Source of the DNA: a virus
Direction: 5' to 3' (one strand)
Virus record (IMG/VR): IMGVR_UViG_3300030430_004991
Location: 1-64,000 of that record
DNA: 64,000 bases
A program made the position numbers and the translations under genes. Shown here one piece after another: positions 59,062 through 64,000 of this stretch (positions within the stretch are counted from its first letter, which is position 1; each line of letters starts with the position of its first letter). Below the pieces are notes generated by a model that ran no database searches, was not told where the DNA came from, and saw only the letters and a list, made by a program, of their open reading frames with translations.

Positions 59062-59985
59062 TCACGTTGTAAATACAGAGTCGCTTAAAATATGGTTTGC
59101 GCCAGGCACAAGATCACTATCTAATGCATTTATATCATCAAAAAAAGTGTTCAAAGTTTCGTTTATTGTATTCGCCATTTCTTCTATGTTCTGTTTCATT
59201 ATTGGAGTAGTTCCAATTGCTGCTCCGGGTAACACAGAAACTATTCCACTTAATATTAACATGTTTGTGTTTAGCCCGTTTAGCATGTTAAATATTTTTC
59301 TTTGTGTTTTATTTTTTTTCTTTAAATAATCAGTAAGTTTGTAGCCCAGCACTAATGGATGTAATTTTTGATTTCCGACTTGCAGTTCTATTACTTGTCC
59401 TTTCAAACGTTGTCCGAGACAATTTGTCTCTCCAATTGATGCATCAAAGCCGTCAAAATTTCCTCGCCCTGCGTAGATTCTAACTTTTTCTCTACCTACT
59501 ATTCTTACTTGATCTGCCTTTAAAGCAACAGCAGATTTACGAGAAGAATCCGGTCCGCCAGATGGCTTTAGTCCAAAATATCTATCAATATTTTCACATC
59601 TTTGTGTTATGTAAATTCTCGCAGCATCAGAATGAAACATAGGTCCAACTAATTCAATCCCCTTTAATGGATCGACATTGTTTTTTTTATTGTGTTCTAT
59701 AATAATTTGACCTCGACCAACTACCAAATCAATCATTCCGCATTGAAGGCCCCCTTTGCCGCCAATTCCAGAGACCCATGTTGCATTTCTGTCTCTGCCT
59801 AGAATGATAGATGAGTTATGATTGCCATCAATTTTTGTTTCGCAAGGCGCTTTATTAAATTCAGGTGTTCTTTCTTCAACATTGGCACAAAAAAAAGACG
59901 ATACGCCATTTTCAACTTGTCGCCTTGTATATTCATCTGTTACGTTTGCAATATTAAAAAGTTTTTTTGTAGATTCTATGCTCAT
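59062..59985 (-). CDS. Putative baseplate hub/spike protein (gp5 C-terminal-like)
   Basis: Beta-strand-rich SSIILGRD, IDLVVGR, ARIYITQ and VALKADQVRIVGRE; position in the baseplate cluster. Confidence 0.45.
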   Translation of the reverse strand: MSIESTKKLFNIANVTDEYTRRQVENGVSSFFCANVEERTPEFNKAPCETKIDGNHNSSIILGRDRNATWVSGIGGKGGLQCGMIDLVVGRGQIIIEHNKKNNVDPLKGIELVGPMFHSDAARIYITQRCENIDRYFGLKPSGGPDSSRKSAVALKADQVRIVGREKVRIYAGRGNFDGFDASIGETNCLGQRLKGQVIELQVGNQKLHPLVLGYKLTDYLKKKNKTQRKIFNMLNGLNTNMLILSGIVSVLPGAAIGTTPIMKQNIEEMANTINETLNTFFDDINALDSDLVPGANHILSDSVFTT

Positions 59986-60004
59986 TTTTTCCTCAAGTTA
60001 TTTT

Positions 60005-61315
60005 TTATACTTTTTTATAAATCTTCCAGGTGTCTATCCACTCAAAGTGCCACCACTCTTCTAGTCCTTTCCCATCTCTCGCCCAAGGTGGAGAATGAAA
60101 TCCGTATTTTGGACCATTAACCATAATCCAATTGAAAGTTTCAGAAGCATATCCTGATTTTCCATTGTACCTTGTATTAAAATCAAACGCCAATGCCCAG
60201 CCATGAGGCGAGCGACCAGGTGTTGCAGCCTCTATTTTTTTGAGTCTTGCTTTTTCCCTTATTTCTGCTTTTTGTTTGTCTGTCATTCCGGGCTTAATAG
60301 TTGCTAAAATCTCCCTACTGGCTGCGATTCTTTTATTTTTTGTGCCTATTTGTCTATTGAAAGTTCTGTACGAATCAGTTAGGTCCATTTTAAATTTAAA
60401 ATGACTTTCAAAAGCCATGGCCATTCTCTGAAAATCTCTGGCTGTGTCTATTATAAAAATGCCTCTTTCAAAATTCACTCCGGGGTGGAGTATATCAGAC
60501 GGGATTTGACCTAGAATTTCTTTTGGGAGCAAGCCATTTTTAATTACCTTGCCTTTAAAAGCCTCTACCATTCCATTGTAAACTCTCGTTATAGGGCTGT
60601 TTATTTTTCCATCGATTGTTTTATATGTCTTGATGTTTTCCTCTATAGATTTTTCAACATATTCGGTTACTTGAGTATCTAAATCAAATGGCCCAAGTTG
60701 AATTCCAGGTGGTGGTGGTTCATAGGGTTGGTATTTGTCTCTTTTAAACGCTTTTTGGGCCGCAGAGGCTTTTGTTGCATTTGAGGAAGCATAGCTTGCT
60801 AAACTTCCGCCACCGCCGGTCTCTACCTCAACACCCAAACAGCCTATGTTAAAATCTCGTGCCAAACCAATAGTGCTCGGCCTATATGTTAACCCTCTAA
60901 GTCTTCCATCGGATTGTGGGCCCGATCTATAGAAACACTCTACAATGTGTCCATAACCAATAGGATCAACTCCTTCTAGATTTCCACCTAAAAAAGGATA
61001 ACTGGAATCTGGATAGGCAACAGGGTGAAGCGCAAGACATGTCTTGATCTGATTAGAATCCGTGAAGCTACACGGCTCAGGTATCATAAAATCATGTAAA
61101 TCCAAAGGTCTCACTCTTATAATTTTTGACTCAGGTTTATTACTGCTAACAGAGAGTGTTTCTGGCAATACAACTGCTCGGAAAGAAGACTTTCCAGCAA
61201 ATTTATTAAATAAAGTTTGCTCTACGGCTTTAGAATCCAATTCTTTTTGGAATGAAGAATAAGCAGCAGGAGAAGAAATTCTGTTTCTGATTCTATCGAA
61301 AAGATTTCTGTACAC
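60005..61315 (-). CDS. Virion-associated M15 family peptidoglycan peptidase
   Basis: C-terminal DSYRT..RQ, AATPGRSPHGWALAFD and EEWWHFEW (SxHxxGxAxD / ExWH, VanY-like Zn ligands). Confidence 0.82.
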   Translation of the reverse strand: MYRNLFDRIRNRISSPAAYSSFQKELDSKAVEQTLFNKFAGKSSFRAVVLPETLSVSSNKPESKIIRVRPLDLHDFMIPEPCSFTDSNQIKTCLALHPVAYPDSSYPFLGGNLEGVDPIGYGHIVECFYRSGPQSDGRLRGLTYRPSTIGLARDFNIGCLGVEVETGGGGSLASYASSNATKASAAQKAFKRDKYQPYEPPPPGIQLGPFDLDTQVTEYVEKSIEENIKTYKTIDGKINSPITRVYNGMVEAFKGKVIKNGLLPKEILGQIPSDILHPGVNFERGIFIIDTARDFQRMAMAFESHFKFKMDLTDSYRTFNRQIGTKNKRIAASREILATIKPGMTDKQKAEIREKARLKKIEAATPGRSPHGWALAFDFNTRYNGKSGYASETFNWIMVNGPKYGFHSPPWARDGKGLEEWWHFEWIDTWKIYKKV

Positions 61316-61603
61316 TTAGTCGTCCTCTTTTTTTATCATAGAGTAAATGTCTTCCATGTCATTTTCTGTCAAACCATCAGACTTTTCATTCTTTGACATG
61401 AGAGCGGCGATTTTTACAATTTGCTCGTTTGATCTCTGTAGTGTTTCGACATACTTTGCCAAAGTTAGCCCTATTTGTTGATGCCTAGCTTCATCTTTTG
61501 CAACGAACTTAATAGCATCATCTAGAAGTTCGCGTGTTATTTTGCGGTCTTCTCTAATGTTATCTAGTGCTTCTTTGAGGTGTTCTTCTACTTTTTTACT
61601 CAT
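61316..61603 (-). CDS. Hypothetical helical protein
   Basis: 95 aa; AKYVETLQRSNEQIVK. Confidence 0.6.
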   Translation of the reverse strand: MSKKVEEHLKEALDNIREDRKITRELLDDAIKFVAKDEARHQQIGLTLAKYVETLQRSNEQIVKIAALMSKNEKSDGLTENDMEDIYSMIKKEDD

Positions 61604-61607
61604 ACTA

Positions 61608-61614
61608 TAATTAG
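61608..61614 (-). promoter_or_regulatory. Putative late promoter motif CTAATTA
   Basis: 4 nt before ATG 61603, at the head of the baseplate block and just after the sigma-like gene. Confidence 0.5.
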
Positions 61615-61620
61615 ATTTAT

Positions 61621-62310
61621 TTAGATTTTTGCATTATACCAGTCATCTCTAAATAATTTGTATTTTTTTCTAAACTTATTTAATTGAGTGACAATCTGCT
61701 TGGTGTTCATACCGGTTATCTCACGAAGATAAAGATAGATAGCTTTTTTATTAAAAATTTCAATCTCTTCAACAGAGTTTAACACTATTCTAATTGCTTC
61801 ATAAACTTTTTTTTCGTTTTCATTCATGTCATTTGTGCCCCATCCGTCCATCTCTGTTGTAAGATGTTGCCAGAATTCTTTCTTCTCTCTGTCTTTGTGA
61901 TAAGGATTGTAATACACAATTTGCTCGAAACTTAGTTCTTTCAATGCATCTTCATAATCTACTTCTCTTTTTGCCCTCTTGGTTCTTTGTTTTACTTTGT
62001 GTATAAACCAGTTCTTAGTTATCACACTAAAATAGGAAAAGGCTTTTGATCCCTTATTGGGATCGTATTTTGCTAGTATAGTAGTAAGCCAAATTTTGCA
62101 ATCTTCTCTGAGTTCGTCAATGTTGGGCAAAGTTGTAAATTTGTATGTAAAAACAATCTTATCAACCATTTCACTAAAAGCAGGTTGAATTAATTTTATG
62201 TAAAGGTCTGTTTTTTCTTTTCGGCACTCTGATGTCGCGTACTTAACTATCGCGTCTTCGTGTACCTGCGTAAAATACATCCTTTTGTTGGGGTTCCGGC
62301 GTCTCGGCAT
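61621..62310 (-). CDS. Phage sigma-factor-like protein (candidate late sigma, gp55-like)
   Basis: YFT...AI..Y, and DELREDC..L..KYDPNKGSKAFSYFSVITKN resembling sigma region 2. Start reassigned to MPRRR (GAGG SD). Confidence 0.65.
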   Translation of the reverse strand: MPRRRNPNKRMYFTQVHEDAIVKYATSECRKEKTDLYIKLIQPAFSEMVDKIVFTYKFTTLPNIDELREDCKIWLTTILAKYDPNKGSKAFSYFSVITKNWFIHKVKQRTKRAKREVDYEDALKELSFEQIVYYNPYHKDREKKEFWQHLTTEMDGWGTNDMNENEKKVYEAIRIVLNSVEEIEIFNKKAIYLYLREITGMNTKQIVTQLNKFRKKYKLFRDDWYNAKI

Positions 62311-62632
62311 TTGTGTTTTCCTCTTGTTGTGGCACATCTTCTTCTTCAAATTCTTCTAGAAAAAATTCTGGATCTTCATAATCCTCTAAAATGTTACCAA
62401 TAGACACGGTGTGGTCTATCAGAAACTTTAAAGTTTCATCTCCGTAAAACATTTCCATGGAATAAACAGATTTTAAATGCGCTCGATAATTAGCAATGAT
62501 TTCAGACACATCCCCTATATTATCGTATATAAAAGCAAGTTTTGTTGTGAGTTGACGAGAATACCAATACATAAGTCCGTTAAAAATTAACGAAATTGCT
62601 AATGCTATTGATATTATTACTATACTACTCAT
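62243..62632 (-). CDS. N-terminal TM hypothetical protein
   Basis: Hydrophobic N-terminus and an EMFYGDETL motif. Overlaps the start of the sigma-like gene. Confidence 0.55.
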   Translation of the reverse strand: MSSIVIISIALAISLIFNGLMYWYSRQLTTKLAFIYDNIGDVSEIIANYRAHLKSVYSMEMFYGDETLKFLIDHTVSIGNILEDYEDPEFFLEEFEEEDVPQQEENTNAETPEPQQKDVFYAGTRRRDS

Positions 62633-62879
62633 CGTATTCAATCCTTGTTTTTTTCTCTTGTCTTAAGATTTCTTTGTTTTCTTCGATGTATTCTTTCACC
62701 AAAGAACCAGTTTCCCTTTCGCCTTGTTCTTGTTTTCTCACAATAGTAGTGAGTTGAGGTATTCGGGTCAAAACTCCCTCACTACCGCAAACTTTACAGT
62801 CTTCAAGGCGTTCTGTCATACCGTGCCTTACCTCATACTCGTTCGCACAAACAGAGCATTTATAACAGTATTTTGGCAC
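62625..62879 (-). CDS. FmdB-family zinc-ribbon protein
   Basis: MP.Y.YKC..C...E.......C..CGS pattern. Confidence 0.75.
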   Translation of the reverse strand: MPKYCYKCSVCANEYEVRHGMTERLEDCKVCGSEGVLTRIPQLTTIVRKQEQGERETGSLVKEYIEENKEILRQEKKTRIEYDE

Positions 62880-63085
62880 TATAGTGGCCCTTCTAGAACA
62901 GGACCCTTCACACTATTTTTTACTTCCACTTTTGGAGGATTCATTACAACCAATTGTCCGGAATCGTCAACTTGAATTTGAAATTCCTGGAGAACGGGCA
63001 CAATGTCGGTTTGCTCCATAAGTGATTTTTGTAATGCCATCATGATTGCTCCAACGGCTTGATTTGATAATTTATGATCTTTCAT
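62879..63085 (-). CDS. Hypothetical protein
   Basis: 68 aa, coupled to both neighbours; GGAG SD. Confidence 0.6.
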   Translation of the reverse strand: MKDHKLSNQAVGAIMMALQKSLMEQTDIVPVLQEFQIQVDDSGQLVVMNPPKVEVKNSVKGPVLEGPL

Positions 63086-63309
63086 TTTTTGTCTCCTGTT
63101 TTTAAATCAAAATTCTTTAAGTATCCTAACATAGCACAATCTCTAGAGATTCTTGTTGCCAACTCAAACACACTAGTGTTAATTGAATAATTACCGGTGA
63201 CACCTTTCTTGTCAATTGTCTCGGAGATACTATCACATTCTTCTCTTATTTTTTCTATGTTTAATTGTAAATCTTTCAATAAATACATTTGCAGGTCTAT
63301 TTTTTTCAT
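63082..63309 (-). CDS. Hypothetical protein
   Basis: 75 aa, ATGA overlaps with both neighbours. Confidence 0.55.
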   Translation of the reverse strand: MKKIDLQMYLLKDLQLNIEKIREECDSISETIDKKGVTGNYSINTSVFELATRISRDCAMLGYLKNFDLKTGDKK

Positions 63310-64000
63310 TTGTCGCCACTCTTCTTGGAAGTAGCACCTTCAATTTCATTCCAGTCTAGATTTTTTCGTACTTCTAGGTTTTTTTCCCATGCTGCCCTCA
63401 TTACTTTCGGATCTACACCAAGATTTAAACTTTTTTTAATTAATGCATTTAAATCTTTAGGGAAGCATTTACCTCCGAAACCCATGTTTCCATCATGACC
63501 CGGAACATCAATGTGTGAATTACCTATTCTTCCATCTGATATAAAACCATCGAGGGCTGTGTTCCAGTCCGTTTCAAGAGCATCGCAAATCTGTTTCATC
63601 TCGTTCATGAATGAAATTTTTGTTGCAAAAAAACAATTACACATATACTTTATAAGTTCTGCTGTTTTTGAATCGGTTTTTATAATTTTAGTGTAGGGAA
63701 ACCTATTTCTATAGAGTGTCTCCAAAATTTTAAGATTCTCTTCTTTTCCTCCTAAAATTATTCTAGAAGTATTTATAAAATCTAGGCGAGACCTTCTTTG
63801 TGTAAGAAATTCCGGATTAAACACAAAACGTAATGACGGAAATTTATTTTCTAGTGAAACAGTTGTACCAGGTACAACTGTGGATTTTATAACAAAAACC
63901 TTGCTTTTCAAATTCAATTGAAGAGATAAAATCTCTTCAAAACATCCATAAATAATTGAAAGATCGCACTCTCCGTTTTCTTGCATTGGAGTTGGCAAAC
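63306..64000 (-). CDS. UDP-glucose/GDP-mannose dehydrogenase family protein (5' end outside window)
   Basis: PTP, KSTVVPGTT, FNPEFL, AELIKY..N.F.A.KISF.NE, D.RIG and GFGGKCFPKD (catalytic Cys). Confidence 0.88.
   Translation of the reverse strand, partial: LPTPMQENGECDLSIIYGCFEEILSLQLNLKSKVFVIKSTVVPGTTVSLENKFPSLRFVFNPEFLTQRRSRLDFINTSRIILGGKEENLKILETLYRNRFPYTKIIKTDSKTAELIKYMCNCFFATKISFMNEMKQICDALETDWNTALDGFISDGRIGNSHIDVPGHDGNMGFGGKCFPKDLNALIKKSLNLGVDPKVMRAAWEKNLEVRKNLDWNEIEGATSKKSGDK

Noticed and set aside
1548-62349. Longest-ORF start positions in the track (2465, 4190, 5373, 11749, 21323, 42140, 52437, 62349)
   Set aside because: Downstream ATGs have SDs or stop/start coupling. The extensions run through terminators, promoter motifs or upstream genes.
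173-63696. Numerous short plus-strand and alternate-frame ORFs in the track (e.g. 3079-3513, 9352-9753, 28318-28857, 57390-57782)
   Set aside because: They are antisense or out-of-frame shadows of long minus-strand genes, with no recognisable motifs. Only 27252-27428 lies mainly in a gap and has an SD.
1-64000. Stop-codon reassignment (alternative genetic code), as seen in some large phages
   Set aside because: Conserved genes are full length and tightly packed under the standard code, and TAA, TAG and TGA all occur as real stops.
1-64000. tRNA, rRNA, integrase, reverse transcriptase or DGR elements
   Set aside because: None recognised. Intergenic gaps are almost all too short to hold them, although no covariance search was run.

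Overview
A 64-kb, AT-rich, densely coding fragment of a jumbo T4-like myovirus genome, read in the standard genetic code. Essentially every real gene is on the minus strand. Read from high to low coordinates it contains: the end of a sugar-nucleotide gene (UDP-glucose dehydrogenase family); a phage sigma-like factor; a large baseplate/tail block (M15 peptidase-bearing hub protein, gp25-like, gp6-like, giant LamG-containing proteins); a small replication/recombination island driven by sigma70-type promoters (RuvC-like, primase, SprT-like, fused Mre11-Rad50); a DnaQ-like exonuclease and small membrane proteins; the head module (terminase, portal, prohead protease); ribosomal protein bS21; a block of paralogous fibre/decoration proteins; a scaffold-like protein; and the start of the major capsid protein. 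The most notable sequence-level signals are four. (1) A CTANTTA putative late-promoter motif, close to the reverse complement of the T4 late promoter, occupies most intergenic gaps; in one case it forms a hairpin that sequesters the RBS of the exonuclease gene. (2) Shared basic leaders (MKIRI(L)K.., MKLT..LK.LIKEE, ..ENW.RF..E) occur on unrelated cargo proteins, suggesting a capsid-loading system. (3) [S/T]-[G/A/S]-S tripeptides are strongly enriched in external virion proteins, a candidate glycosylation sequon. (4) There is an unannotated 17-aa Cys-Cys peptide followed by a hairpin. All functional calls come from motif recognition by eye; no database searches were run.
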